This document shows, one piece after another, positions 1 through 9,935 of a stretch of DNA of 64,000 bases. The notes under the pieces were generated by a model. That model was given only the letters and a program-made list of their open reading frames with translations, made no database searches and was not told where the DNA came from. The number at the start of each line of letters is the position of its first letter. The stretch's first letter is position 1. The translations under genes and the position numbers were made by a program. This DNA is from Hyphomicrobiaceae bacterium (GTDB taxonomy: Bacteria; Pseudomonadota; Alphaproteobacteria; Rhizobiales; Xanthobacteraceae), in contig CANJBX010000006.1 in NCBI GenBank assembly GCA_947472885.1, positions 1,510 through 65,509 on the forward strand. Direction: 5' to 3'.

Positions 1-1
1 C

Positions 2-964
2 GCGGCGTGTCCGCCGTATCACCTTGCCATCGTCATCGGCGGCACCTCCGCCGAACTCACCATGAAGACCGTGAAGCTCGCCTCGACCAAATATCTCGAC
101 GCGCTGCCAACGACGGGCGGCGAGGACGGCCACGCGTTCCGCGATCTTGAGATGGAGCAGGAAATTCTGAAGATGACGCAGTCGCTCGGCGTCGGCGCGC
201 AGTTCGGCGGCAAGTATTTCTGCCACGACGTGCGCGTGGTGCGGCTGCCGCGTCATGGCGCGTCGCTGCCGATTGGGCTTGGCGTGTCGTGTTCGGCTGA
301 CCGTCAGGCGATGGGCAAGATCACGAAGGACGGCGTGTTCCTCGAAGAGCTTGAACACAACCCGGCGCAGTACCTGCCGGAAGTCGCGACCGACAAGCTC
401 GGCGGCGCGGTGGTCGAGATCGACCTCAACAAGCCGATGCAAGAGATATTGGCCCAGCTCACGAAGCATCCGATCAGGACGCGGCTTTCGCTCACCGGCA
501 CCATGATCGTGGCGCGCGACGCGGCGCATGCCAAACTGCGTGGTCGGCTAGAGGCCGGGCAGGGCTTGCCCGACTACTTCAAGAACTACCCGGTGTATTA
601 TGCCGGCCCTGCCAAGACACCAGATGGCTATGCTTCCGGTGCTTTCGGCCCCACGACGGCTGGCCGGATGGACAGTTTCGTCGCCGATTTCCAGGCCGCC
701 GGCGGTTCCATGGTGATGGTGGCGAAGGGCAACCGCGCGCCGGCCGTGCGCGAGGCGTGCAAGAAATACGGCGGTTTTTATCTGGGTTCGATCGGCGGCG
801 TTGCCGCAAACCTCGCTGAACACTGCATCAAGAAGGTCGAAGTAGTTGAATATGCAGAGCTTGGCATGGAAGCGATCTGGAAGATCGAGGTCGAGAATTT
901 CCCCGCGTTCATCGTTGTTGACGACAAGGGTAATGACTTTTTCAAGGAACTGAATTTGGGTTGA
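2..964 (+). CDS. fumA: Class I (Fe-S dependent) fumarate hydratase, C-terminal part; 5' end lies outside the window
   Basis: The frame of ORF 62..964 stays open back to nt 2 (..[26 protein letters not shown]..). The sequence is FumA/FumB-like throughout ([25 protein letters not shown]). Confidence 0.85.
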   Translation, partial: AACPPYHLAIVIGGTSAELTMKTVKLASTKYLDALPTTGGEDGHAFRDLEMEQEILKMTQSLGVGAQFGGKYFCHDVRVVRLPRHGASLPIGLGVSCSADRQAMGKITKDGVFLEELEHNPAQYLPEVATDKLGGAVVEIDLNKPMQEILAQLTKHPIRTRLSLTGTMIVARDAAHAKLRGRLEAGQGLPDYFKNYPVYYAGPAKTPDGYASGAFGPTTAGRMDSFVADFQAAGGSMVMVAKGNRAPAVREACKKYGGFYLGSIGGVAANLAEHCIKKVEVVEYAELGMEAIWKIEVENFPAFIVVDDKGNDFFKELNLG

Positions 965-990
965 ACGCGATCTCGCGCGTCATATACGTT

Positions 991-1080
991 CGTCATGGCC
1001 GGGCTTGTCCCGGCCATCTCGTTTAGGTGAGCAGGGGTGCCCGTCTTGTCGGGATCGCGGGGACAAGCCCGGCGATGACG
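991..1080. repeat. ~90-bp palindromic intergenic element (family A). 28-nt terminal inverted repeats CGTCATGGCCGGGCTTGTCCCGGCCATC / GATCGCGGGGACAAGCCCGGCGATGACG flank a ~34-nt core.
   Basis: Read directly. A second copy lies in the opposite orientation at 14453..14541 with a similar core. The element produces spurious 'AGLVPAI / GTSPAMT' ORFs on both strands. Confidence 0.8.
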
Positions 1081-1100
1081 AGGAGAGAGCTTGAGGAATC

Positions 1101-1961
1101 ATGGCCGAAATCATCGATATCCATACCCATGTGATTTCGTCCGACACCGTGCGGTATCCGCTGGCGCCGCTCGGCGGAAAGCAATCCGACTGGTCGCGCA
1201 CGCGACCGACCAGTGCGCAAGCGCTGATTGCCGCCATGGATGAAGCCGGCGTCGCGAAGTCCGCCGTGGTCCATGCCTCGACGGCCTACGGCTTCGACAA
1301 TTCCTATCTTGCCGACTCCGTGAAAGCGCACCCCGGCCGTTTCACCGGCGTGTTCTCTCTCGACATGCTGGCTGACGATGCTTGCGAGAAATTCGAGTGC
1401 TGGACGCGCGCGGGGCTGACCGGCATGCGCCTGTTTACCACCGGCAGCACGAGTCCGGGGCAGGCGGGGTGGCTGGCTGATCCGAAGACGTTTCCCGTGT
1501 GGGAACGTGCAGAGGCGGCAACGCTTCCGGTTTGCCTGCAAATGCGTCCCGAAGGCGTTCCCGATTTGCTGACGCTGCTGTCGCGCTTCCGCCGCGTTCC
1601 GATCATCCTCGATCACCTTGCGCGTGTGACGCTTTCGGACGGGCCACCCTACAAGGCCGCGCAGTGGCTTTTCGATCTCGCCCGCTATCCCAATGTTTTT
1701 CTCAAACTGACCAGCCGCACGATTGAAGAAGCGAATGCTGGCGCGTCCACGCCGCAGGCGTTTTTTCCGCGGCTGGTAAAAGCGTTCGGCGCGGACCGCA
1801 TTGCATGGGGCTCGAATTTTCCGGCGCACGAAGGACCATTGTCGCATCTGCTCGCCGAGGCGCGGGAAGGTTTGGGATGTCTGAGCGATTCCGATCGCGA
1901 CGCCATATTCGGCGGAACCGCGCTTCGGCTGTATCCCGTTTTGGCGCGCAAGGCCGGATAA
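1101..1961 (+). CDS. Amidohydrolase-2 family metal-dependent hydrolase/decarboxylase (TIM barrel)
   Basis: N-terminal IDIHTHV (HxH metal motif) and family-like sequence. GGAG-type RBS (gaggagag) upstream. Confidence 0.75.
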   Translation: MAEIIDIHTHVISSDTVRYPLAPLGGKQSDWSRTRPTSAQALIAAMDEAGVAKSAVVHASTAYGFDNSYLADSVKAHPGRFTGVFSLDMLADDACEKFECWTRAGLTGMRLFTTGSTSPGQAGWLADPKTFPVWERAEAATLPVCLQMRPEGVPDLLTLLSRFRRVPIILDHLARVTLSDGPPYKAAQWLFDLARYPNVFLKLTSRTIEEANAGASTPQAFFPRLVKAFGADRIAWGSNFPAHEGPLSHLLAEAREGLGCLSDSDRDAIFGGTALRLYPVLARKAG

Positions 1962-1966
1962 CCGCA

Positions 1967-2860
1967 ATGTCCGGGCAATCGAGGCTGAAACTGAAAACCG
2001 CGCTCGGTTCAAGCGCCTGGCGTGCTGGCTTGATGGAGGCGCAGCCGGACGCCAAATTTGAACTGGCGTTTGTGGACGTTGAGCCGATCCATCGCGCCTT
2101 CGCTCCGATGGCGCGGGAACAGAAATTCGACGTCAGCGAAATGGCCATCGTTACGGCCTTGCAGGCGCTCGCTTATGGCAAGCCGCTGCTGCTGTTGCCG
2201 GCCGTGATCGCCGCACGGTTTCAGCAGCGTTGCATCATCACGCGGAAATCGACGCCGTTGCGGCCGGAGGAACTCACCGGAAAGCGCATCGGTGTGCGCG
2301 CCTATACGCAAACCACCGGCATGTGGATTCGCGGCATCCTTCAGAACGATTACGGCGTACGCACGGAGAGCGTGCATTGGATGACCCAGGAGGGCGCGCA
2401 TCTGGCCGAATACAATGACCCCGAATGGGTCGAGCGCGTGCCGCCTGATCGCAGTCTGCCGGACATGCTGCGCCGCGGAGAGATCGATGCCGCCATTCTC
2501 GGCAATGACTTGCCCGACGATCCTGATTTTGTCGCGGTGATCCCCGATCCGGACGCGGCGGCGCGCGCTTGGTATGCAAAACACGCTGTGATCCCGATCA
2601 ATCACATGCTGATGGTGCGCCGGGACATTGCAGTTGCCAACAAGGTTGCGATCCGTGAACTGTGGCAGGCGGTTCGCCGCGCCAGGCCTGCGGTCGCGAA
2701 CGGTCCCGGCATGACGCCGGTCGGCATCAAAGCCAATCGCCACGCGCTGGAAACGGTGCTTCTCTATTGCGAGCAGCAAAAGCTGCTGCCACGGCCGATG
2801 CGCGTCGATGATCTTTTTGCCGAGACTATCGACGTGCTTGGCGAAACGCTGGAAGACTGA
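1967..2860 (+). CDS. Periplasmic-binding-fold protein, 4,5-dihydroxyphthalate decarboxylase (PhtD)/NMT1-like
   Basis: ATG at 1967 lies 6 nt after the amidohydrolase stop. The upstream part of ORF 1805.. overlaps the previous gene and looks non-coding. The family assignment is by remembered resemblance only. Confidence 0.55.
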   Translation: MSGQSRLKLKTALGSSAWRAGLMEAQPDAKFELAFVDVEPIHRAFAPMAREQKFDVSEMAIVTALQALAYGKPLLLLPAVIAARFQQRCIITRKSTPLRPEELTGKRIGVRAYTQTTGMWIRGILQNDYGVRTESVHWMTQEGAHLAEYNDPEWVERVPPDRSLPDMLRRGEIDAAILGNDLPDDPDFVAVIPDPDAAARAWYAKHAVIPINHMLMVRRDIAVANKVAIRELWQAVRRARPAVANGPGMTPVGIKANRHALETVLLYCEQQKLLPRPMRVDDLFAETIDVLGETLED

Positions 2861-2868
2861 CAGCAAGG

Positions 2869-3894
2869 ATGCAGGCGATGAGTCTTACGATGCACGCGAC
2901 CGATGCACCTTCCCGCAAGTGCGTCACTAAACGCGCGCTCGCGCTTGCCGCAGCTCTTTTTGTGTCCGGTGCGGCTGTGCCGCTTGCCGCCGCAGAGACT
3001 TATCCCGTTCGCCCGGTGCGCATCATTGTGCCCTACGGCCCTGGCGGCATCGCTGATGTGGTGTTGCGTCTGGTTGCGCAAAAACTATCGGAGAAGCTTG
3101 GCCAGCAGTTCGTCATTGAAAACCGTCCCGGTGCCGGAGGGGTCGTCGGAATTCAGGCAGTCGTGACATCGGCCCCGGATGGATACACGCTGGCGATGAT
3201 CGGGGGAGGGCTTACGTCCGCGAAGTCGCTTTTCAAAACGCTGCCCTATGATCTCGAGAAGGACCTCGCCCCGATTTCCTCGACCGCATATTACAGTCTG
3301 GTCGTCGCGGCCAAGCAGGGGTCTCCATACAAGACGGTTGGCGACGTGGTCGCCGCCGCCAAGGCAGCCCCCGGCAAACTCAATTTCGGAACCATCAGCC
3401 CCGGCAGCACGCAGCACCTTTCCGCCGAGCTATTCAAATCCATGGCCGGCATTACCGTTACGATGATCCCCTACAAGACCACGCCGGAACTCGTGACGGC
3501 GGTGATCCGCGGCGATATCGATGTCGCGTTCGAATATCAGGCCGGACTCGAAGGAGTGCTCAGCGACCGGCAGGCCATCGCCATTGCAACCACCGGCCGG
3601 GATCGTGCATCGGCGCTTCCCGATGTCCCGACTGTCGCGGAGGGCGGGCTTGCCGGATACGACGTTACAAGCTGGAACGGCCTTGCCGCGCCTGCGCGGA
3701 CGCCTTCGGAAATCCTGACGTTGCTCAATCAGAACATCAATGAAGCGCTGAGCGATCCAGCTATCAAGGCCGCCAGTGCCAAATTTGGTCTGGAGGCGCG
3801 CGGCAATACGCGCGAGGAGATGCGCGTGCGCGTCAGGGACGATGTCGCGAAATGGGCGAAAGTGATCTCGGAGGCCGGGATCGAGCGGAAATAA
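2869..3894 (+). CDS. Bug/TctC family tripartite tricarboxylate transporter substrate-binding protein
   Basis: Signal peptide, then ..AAETYPVRPVRIIVPYGPGGIADV.. typical of the Bug family. The ATG at 2878 has better SD spacing (aagga-N8) and may be the true start. Confidence 0.85.
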   Translation: MQAMSLTMHATDAPSRKCVTKRALALAAALFVSGAAVPLAAAETYPVRPVRIIVPYGPGGIADVVLRLVAQKLSEKLGQQFVIENRPGAGGVVGIQAVVTSAPDGYTLAMIGGGLTSAKSLFKTLPYDLEKDLAPISSTAYYSLVVAAKQGSPYKTVGDVVAAAKAAPGKLNFGTISPGSTQHLSAELFKSMAGITVTMIPYKTTPELVTAVIRGDIDVAFEYQAGLEGVLSDRQAIAIATTGRDRASALPDVPTVAEGGLAGYDVTSWNGLAAPARTPSEILTLLNQNINEALSDPAIKAASAKFGLEARGNTREEMRVRVRDDVAKWAKVISEAGIERK

Positions 3895-3934
3895 TATCGA
3901 ACCGCTCGATGCGTTGAGGGCGGGAGTGGATGGC

Positions 3935-4876
3935 CTACGCCGCCTTCTGCTTGTCCGCGCGATAGTAGTAGTTGGCGTGCTTGCCGAACGCGATGCGGCG
4001 CACGGCGCGGCGCACGAACTCGCTCCTGCGCAGCGGTTCGACGACCGCCATCACGCAGCGCAGTCCCGTCCATTTGATCGTGTCGAGCGCAGGGTTTGCG
4101 CCCGGTGCGCGCTGCGGCAGGCCCATTTTCCGCATCATCGAGTTGACGACGGTGATGTCGTTACGGCGGCGCACGTCGCGGCTTTTCCAGGTGATGGAGA
4201 GCGAAATCGAATAGCTGTCCGAGGTTTGCACATAATGCGGCCACTGGTACGGCACGAAGATGCCGTCGCCGGGCTGCAGCGTGTAATGGACCGCCTTGGC
4301 ATCGTACTGCGGCTGGTAGGGCATGTTGCGATGCTTCACGACGACGTCTTCCAGAACATCATCGGATGCAATCGAGCCGTCGCGATTGTCGTAAACATGG
4401 AAGAATTTTTCGCCGTGGACCTGTACGAAGATGTTTTCGTCGCTGTCGGCGTGAAACGGCGTCGTCGATTTCGGCGACGACACGAAGATGAAGCCCTGGA
4501 TATCGCGGAAATCGGCTTCCTCGATGCTCTTGCAACCGCGCGATTGCGCGAGCGTCAGCAGCACTTCTTCGATGATGGCGCGGTAGGCGGGGTCGGTCTC
4601 GACGCGCTTGAGTACCATCCATGCGCCCGACGTATCGATGCGGCGCACGATTTCCTCGGGCGGCAGATCGACCATCGGTGTGGAATTCGGGTCCTGGCTG
4701 ATGGCGGCCTTGCCGGAGTTGAACTCGATACGGTCGCGCGGCAGCGAGCGCAGCAATTCGATGATACGCGGCAGCGTGAACAGCGGATTTCCCGCATAAG
4801 CGTGGCGGATCGCGAACGTGTTGTGCGGGAACTGGGTGGTTAGCGCACCGGAATTGATGGCTTCGATGACGTTCAT
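3935..4876 (-). CDS. Cupin-like (JmjC / Asp-Asn hydroxylase-like) domain protein
   Basis: TPFHADSDENIFVQVHGEKFFHVY (HxD...H facial-triad-like) and ..GDGIFVPYQWPHYV... The start ATG overlaps the upstream gene's stop (ATGA at 4873-4876). Confidence 0.7.
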   Translation of the reverse strand: MNVIEAINSGALTTQFPHNTFAIRHAYAGNPLFTLPRIIELLRSLPRDRIEFNSGKAAISQDPNSTPMVDLPPEEIVRRIDTSGAWMVLKRVETDPAYRAIIEEVLLTLAQSRGCKSIEEADFRDIQGFIFVSSPKSTTPFHADSDENIFVQVHGEKFFHVYDNRDGSIASDDVLEDVVVKHRNMPYQPQYDAKAVHYTLQPGDGIFVPYQWPHYVQTSDSYSISLSITWKSRDVRRRNDITVVNSMMRKMGLPQRAPGANPALDTIKWTGLRCVMAVVEPLRRSEFVRRAVRRIAFGKHANYYYRADKQKAA

Positions 4877-6075
4877 CGCAGTTTCTCCCGAAGGGCGTGG
4901 AGGCGGTCTTGCAGCAGGTGGAAATAGCGGCGGGCGTCGCGGCGCGTGCGCTCGCGGGCGTTGATGAGGAACTGGATCGTGCCGATCAGCGGATCGTTGG
5001 CGCGCAGCGGGATCAGTGCACTGGCAATTGCCATGCGCCCGCGCCAGATCTTGTCGATCATCGGATGATAGGCGTTGGCGGTGGAGTCGATGCTGGTAAT
5101 CGAAGCGTCGGCGCAGAGGTGGCGTGTCAGGTCGAGCGTGAGCTGCACGCCGGGCGAACTCTTCGCGAGTTCCTCGTCGTAGGCGATCTTGAAGAAATAC
5201 GCGCGTTCGCCATGGCGCAGCACGATGCCGGCGGCGACCGGCTTATCGCCGGCGGTCAGCGTGACGACTTCGCACAGGCCATCGGTGGCAAGGGCGGCAG
5301 TCGCCGCGCGCATGAAAGCCACGTCACCATCGTCGGCGGCAAGCGCCGTTCCGCGCGCACCCTTCCAGCCGGAGGATTCCAGCGCGAGGAAATTATTGAG
5401 CGCGGCCGAGACGTCGGCGGGCGAGGTAACAACGGTGAATTTAACTTCGCCGCCGTCTTCGAGGCGGTTGCGCTGGCGGCGCAGCTCTTTGAGTTTTTTG
5501 GCGCCGAGCGCATCGTGAAGCATGGCGTCGGGCTCAACCGTAGCGTCGAGTATGGCGCGGTCACGCACGCGCAACACGCGCGGTGTGACGCCGCGAGCGG
5601 CAAGGACACCATGTAACGCCTGTGCGGCTGCGCCATCCGGCGCATAGTCGATATGGAGGAGTGCGCGCGCACCTTCAGCGCGAGCGGCCTCGATCAGGCC
5701 GGCGGCGGCCTCTGCCGCGCGCGAGGCATCGAGCAGCGGCGTGGTGAGACGGGTGTAAGGCTGCCAGGCAACGAGGAACGGCAGCGGAATGCCGAGCGCC
5801 TGCCAGCCGGATACCACGGGCATCAGGCCGATCAGCCGCGTGCGGTCATAAGGATCCCAGACGAGCAGGGCCTTGGCGCCGGCGGCTTCGCGTTAATGCT
5901 GCGAGGCGGCGCGTGCCCACGACGGATGATAAAATGCGTTGGGTTCGGCGGCGCGCGAAAACAGATCGCGCCATGCAGCGACCGGCACGTCGGCAATGTC
6001 AACGAAGCTGCGCGACGGCATGCGTGCGGCAGTCGTCTGCGCGGCGCCAAGCCTTGCGGTGAAAGTGTCGGTCAT
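4873..6075 (-). pseudogene. CelD/BioF2-like GNAT acetyltransferase interrupted by one in-frame TAA (codon 61, nt 5893-5895)
   Basis: ORFs 5893..6075 and 4873..5823 are in the same frame. My translation across the gap reads ..HPSWARAASQH*REAAGAKALLVWDPYDRTRLIGLMPVVSG.. with no other stop. Confidence 0.75.
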
Positions 6076-6329
6076 TCCGTCACGCCTGTCCCTGCGCGCC
6101 CGGGTTCCCCGGTGTCGCGTTGTCCGGCGTGAAAACTAGCGAATGAGGCCGTTAAAACCGTAAATCCGGCGAAGTTTGAGCCGTGGATTTGACTGGATCG
6201 GTCAACGAATGGTTACGGGGATAGGCGGGATTTTATAGGTCGGCCATTTGTATCAGATTTCCTCGCGCTCTCGGCTATTTTTGGGGCCGCATCGAAGGAC
6301 GAGGCGGCCCGGAAACACACGCGAAGGGC

Positions 6330-7406
6330 CTATTTCGGCCTCGGCTCCTTCAGGTTCTCACCCGCCGCAACGAGGTTGCCCGACAGCTTCGCCCGCACCG
6401 CCTCGACCAGCGTGCGCGCGGCGTTGCGCACTTCGTCCTGTATCGCCTTGTCGTCTTCGAAGTCGGGATGGTTGGTCGCGTAGGGCTTCCAGTAGCCGAT
6501 GTAGCGATCAAGCTCGGCGCTTGCGCCGGCCGGCAGCAAATGCATCGAGGTCAACCAGTCGTGCAGTGCACGCCGCACATTCCCGACGCCCTCGGTATCA
6601 CCATGCACGATGAGCGAGAACACACGGCCTTCAAGATGGCGGGGATAATCCCAGCCGGCCATTTCGATTTCCTTGGCTTCCTGCGCACGCTTGCCATGGG
6701 TCGTTGTCGGATCGGGATTGCCGCCGTCGGCGCAGACAAGGCGGTCCATCATCAGCTTGAGCGGCGAGGAAGCCTGATACCAGTTCACCGGCGTCACGAT
6801 CATCACGCCATGCGCGGCAACCCACATCGGATAGATGTCATTCATCCAGTCCTGCGTCTGGCCAAGCGAATGGTTCGGATAGCACGAGCAGGGCCAATGG
6901 CAGAGCGCCGCCGCCGTCGAGTAACAGGCTTTGCAGGGATGAATGTTGCGGCCGTATTCCGAGGCGAGGCGGCTCATATCCAGCACTTCGATATCTGCAT
7001 CGCCTTCTGCCGCGATGATCTCGTGGGCGATCTCGACCATGCGAAACGATTTCGACATCTCGCCCGGACAGGTATGTTCCGAGCGCGACGAGGCGTTGAT
7101 CAGCAGATAGCGCGGACGTGTCTTTTCATCATGGCGTTGCTGCGCGGCCTTGATCGTATCGCTTGCTGCGATCCAATCGATGGAAAGGTCGTAGTCGGGA
7201 TCGGCGAAGTCCGGCCCGGCCTTGCGCGTGAACGGGCTTTTGCGGGAATTCCTGTAGGCGTCCCACGCAACGTCCGCGATTTTCTCCAGTTCGACAGTCA
7301 GGCTGTTGAACGCCGGATCGTGAAACTGCTCAAGGTAGCGTTTGCGAAACTCGCCTTCTTCCAGCCGCGGGCTGGGCATGCCCTTGCGGGGCGTAAGGTC
7401 GGCCAT
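6330..7406 (-). CDS. Flavodoxin-fold NAD(P)H-dependent FMN reductase-like protein with a compact Cys cluster (iron-sulfur flavoprotein-like)
   Basis: ..YLLINASSRSEHTCPGEMSKS.. and ..HPCKACYSTAAALCHWPCSCYP... A ~100-aa N-terminal extension precedes the flavodoxin-like core. Confidence 0.65.
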   Translation of the reverse strand: MADLTPRKGMPSPRLEEGEFRKRYLEQFHDPAFNSLTVELEKIADVAWDAYRNSRKSPFTRKAGPDFADPDYDLSIDWIAASDTIKAAQQRHDEKTRPRYLLINASSRSEHTCPGEMSKSFRMVEIAHEIIAAEGDADIEVLDMSRLASEYGRNIHPCKACYSTAAALCHWPCSCYPNHSLGQTQDWMNDIYPMWVAAHGVMIVTPVNWYQASSPLKLMMDRLVCADGGNPDPTTTHGKRAQEAKEIEMAGWDYPRHLEGRVFSLIVHGDTEGVGNVRRALHDWLTSMHLLPAGASAELDRYIGYWKPYATNHPDFEDDKAIQDEVRNAARTLVEAVRAKLSGNLVAAGENLKEPRPK

Positions 7407-7508
7407 CGTTGCTCCAGATCTGCTGCGCGGGCGCGCAGGGGACAGGAGCTAACGGCTGACGGTAGCTTTCGTTCATTTGCAAAAACGTGAAAGCGAAGTT
7501 CTCCGGGA

Positions 7509-8675
7509 CTATTTCCAGAGCTGTTTGGTCGCGATATCGGCCCCCTGTCGCATCGCCTTGAACTTTTCCCAGACAACGGTGGGATGAACCTCGGTCTTGT
7601 AGAGCGCCTGCGAAGAAAATCCGCAGTCGCCGCCCGCCATCACATTCTCGCGGCCGACCAGCTTGGCGAAACGCACGATGCGCTCGGCGATCAGTTCGGG
7701 ATGTTCGACGATATTGCTGGCGTGTGTAACGACGCCGGGGCACAGCACCTTGCCGGCAGGCACCTTCACCCTCTCGAACAGGTGATACTCGTGTTCGTGG
7801 CGCGGGTTGGCCGCCTCGAAGCTGTACGAACCGGCATTGATCTTCAGCATGTAGTCGATGATGTCGGCCAGTGCGGCCTCGTAAAGGCGCGGGCCTTCGT
7901 TGATGCCGTAGCAGGTATGGAAGCGGATTTTCTCCGGCGGAATGCCTTTGATCGCCGCATTGATCGCCTCGACGTAGATATTTGCGCGGCGTTTTTTCTG
8001 TGCATCGTCGAGACCCTTCTCGAAGAAGATGTCGGGCAGAAACGGGTCGTCGATTTGCACCAGAATGCCGGCATCCGTGATTGCCTTGTATTCCTTGCCC
8101 ATCTCGGCGGCGAGGGCGTGGAAGAATTCCTCGTAGGATTTGTAATATTCGTTGGTGCCGACGCCGGAAGGCGCCGTCGCTGGCAAGAACACGTGATCGT
8201 CGGAGACGCCTGCGGCTTTTGCAGCAGCCTTCACGTTCTCGATATCGCGCTTCACAAACTTCTCGCCACGGTATTTCACCGGCCCGACGCAGACGACAGG
8301 CGCGATCTTGACCAGCGCGCCGCCCAGCATCGCCGACTTGAAATATTCCTCGTAGTATTCCGGGAAGGCTTCGACTTCCATCTGGAACAGGGCGCGCTTC
8401 TGGTCCGGGCGTGACTCGAAGCCTTCAAGCCGCTCCTGGATGTAGGTGAAGAATCCGGGCTTGGAGAATTCGCCGTCGGTCACGATGTCGATGCCGCATT
8501 CGGCCTGTTTCTTCACCGAGTCTTTCACGGCAGTTGCCAGCGTTTTTTCCAGCGCGGCTTCGTCGTAGGGTTTGCCGTTGTATTTCGCCTTCATCAGATC
8601 GAGGAGATCGTGCGGGCGCGGCATGCTGCCGATATGCGTGGTCTGGATGCGGTCCTTGTTCTGCTGCGTACTCAT
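7509..8675 (-). CDS. Cobalamin-independent methionine synthase (MetE C-terminal domain)-like protein
   Basis: ..IQTTHIGSMPRP..GIDIVTDGEFSKPGF..HTCYG.. typical of the MetE-like 'methionine synthase II' family. Confidence 0.8.
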   Translation of the reverse strand: MSTQQNKDRIQTTHIGSMPRPHDLLDLMKAKYNGKPYDEAALEKTLATAVKDSVKKQAECGIDIVTDGEFSKPGFFTYIQERLEGFESRPDQKRALFQMEVEAFPEYYEEYFKSAMLGGALVKIAPVVCVGPVKYRGEKFVKRDIENVKAAAKAAGVSDDHVFLPATAPSGVGTNEYYKSYEEFFHALAAEMGKEYKAITDAGILVQIDDPFLPDIFFEKGLDDAQKKRRANIYVEAINAAIKGIPPEKIRFHTCYGINEGPRLYEAALADIIDYMLKINAGSYSFEAANPRHEHEYHLFERVKVPAGKVLCPGVVTHASNIVEHPELIAERIVRFAKLVGRENVMAGGDCGFSSQALYKTEVHPTVVWEKFKAMRQGADIATKQLWK

Positions 8676-8762
8676 CGTGCGTCCTCCCCGTAGTTTTCAG
8701 GATTATGGCGCGCGGCTGGTTTTTTGTGCCGCGCGTTTTCGCAGAGAACCTATGCCCGGATA

Positions 8763-9839
8763 CTAGGCCGCCACCGCGCGCTTTTCACTTTGCGCGAAAT
8801 TCGGATTCACTTCCGCCATGAAGCGCGCCATCTCGTCCTTGACCTGCTGGTGGGGCTTGAGGCCGACGTTGAAGTAAAGGATCACCTCGTCGAATCCAGC
8901 GGCCTCAACCTTCTTGAGAATTTCCGTCACACGCGCGGTATTGCCGATTAGCACGGCGTTCTCCGAGAGGTCTTCGGCCTTGATCTTGTGCAGGCGCTGC
9001 ACGATCTCGATGAAATAGCGGTAGCTTGGCGGCGCGGTGGCCGGATCGCCGGGGAAGCTGTCGATCACGCATTCCTTGTAATAGCGTATCTGCCGCGCCC
9101 GCGCGGCGGCTTCCTGCTCAGGCGTATCGGCGAAGTGGGTGAAGTAGCTGCACATCAGACGGCCAGGCTGGGTGCCGTATTTGGCGCAGGTCTCGTGATA
9201 GAGATCCGCGACCTGCTTCAGTCCGCCGAAGCTCATGGCGGCGGCAAACGGCGCGACAATCAGGCCGCAGCCGAGGCGCGCGGCAAGTTCAATCGAGGCC
9301 TTCGAGAACGACGCAACATAGGCCGGCAGCGGGCGCTGCACGGGGCGCGGCGTGGTGAGAATGTTGTCGAACTTGTAGTGCTTGCCGTGGTGCGAGATCG
9401 GCGCGTCGGCGCTCCACAATTTGCGGACGATCTCCATGCCTTCTTCGAAAATGCTCTGGTTGTCGTCGAAATTCACCTGGAACGGATTGTATTCGCGGCG
9501 GTCGTAGCCGCGCCCGGCGGCGAAATCGACGCGGCCGTTGGAAATCATGTCAAGCGAAGCCCATTGTTCGGCGACGCGCACCGGATGGTGCAGCGGCAGC
9601 ACGGTGACGGCGGGCGCCAGGCGGATATGCTTCGTCTTCGCCGCGATATAGGCGAGCAGCTGGTCGGGGCAGGAGAGGACGCCGAGGTCGCCGAAGTGAT
9701 GCTCGCCCAGCCAGGCGGAGTGCATGCCGATCTCGTCGGCATAGATCGCTTCCGCCGCGATGTCGGCGACGTACTGGTTCGCGGTGCGGGCATTGTTGGC
9801 GTAGTGGTTATCACTCAGGGTGAAATAGCCGAACTTCAT
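8763..9839 (-). CDS. LLM-class (luciferase-like) flavin-dependent oxidoreductase
   Basis: MKFGYFTLSDNHY...SAWLGEHHFG.. The ATG at 9839 is preceded by a GGGAGA RBS. The longer ORF to 9920 runs into the operator region. Confidence 0.85.
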   Translation of the reverse strand: MKFGYFTLSDNHYANNARTANQYVADIAAEAIYADEIGMHSAWLGEHHFGDLGVLSCPDQLLAYIAAKTKHIRLAPAVTVLPLHHPVRVAEQWASLDMISNGRVDFAAGRGYDRREYNPFQVNFDDNQSIFEEGMEIVRKLWSADAPISHHGKHYKFDNILTTPRPVQRPLPAYVASFSKASIELAARLGCGLIVAPFAAAMSFGGLKQVADLYHETCAKYGTQPGRLMCSYFTHFADTPEQEAAARARQIRYYKECVIDSFPGDPATAPPSYRYFIEIVQRLHKIKAEDLSENAVLIGNTARVTEILKKVEAAGFDEVILYFNVGLKPHQQVKDEMARFMAEVNPNFAQSEKRAVAA

Positions 9840-9886
9840 GGCGTGTCTCCCGTTGGCGGTCTTTTTCAATGCGTTGGGAGAAATAT

Positions 9887-9904
9887 TAGTTGCACATGCA
9901 ACTA
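9887..9904. promoter_or_regulatory. Perfect 8-N2-8 palindrome TAGTTGCAcaTGCAACTA; candidate MarR operator in the divergent promoter region
   Basis: Read directly. It lies between the LLM gene start (9839) and the marR-like start (9936). Confidence 0.6.
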
Positions 9905-9935
9905 TTGTAAATCCCCGCATAACACCCTAGAAAAT

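Noticed and set aside
8676-8762. Cobalamin or SAM riboswitch upstream of the MetE-like gene (and upstream of the MTHFR-like gene, 15475..15700).
   Set aside because: The 87-nt spacer is too short for a B12 element and contains only a hairpin. In the MTHFR leader I could not find SAM-II-like AAAGCU / U-rich pseudoknot motifs.
8988-9935. N-terminal 316 codons of the 482-aa ORF that ends as the MarR gene. Similar 5' extensions occur in ORFs 1805, 10440, 12904, 22579, 23093, 29169, 39944, 45467, 46513, 50405(-) and 54878(-).
   Set aside because: The extensions overlap neighbouring genes or terminators and lack family similarity. Internal starts with RBS-like sequences and homologue-like N-termini were used instead.
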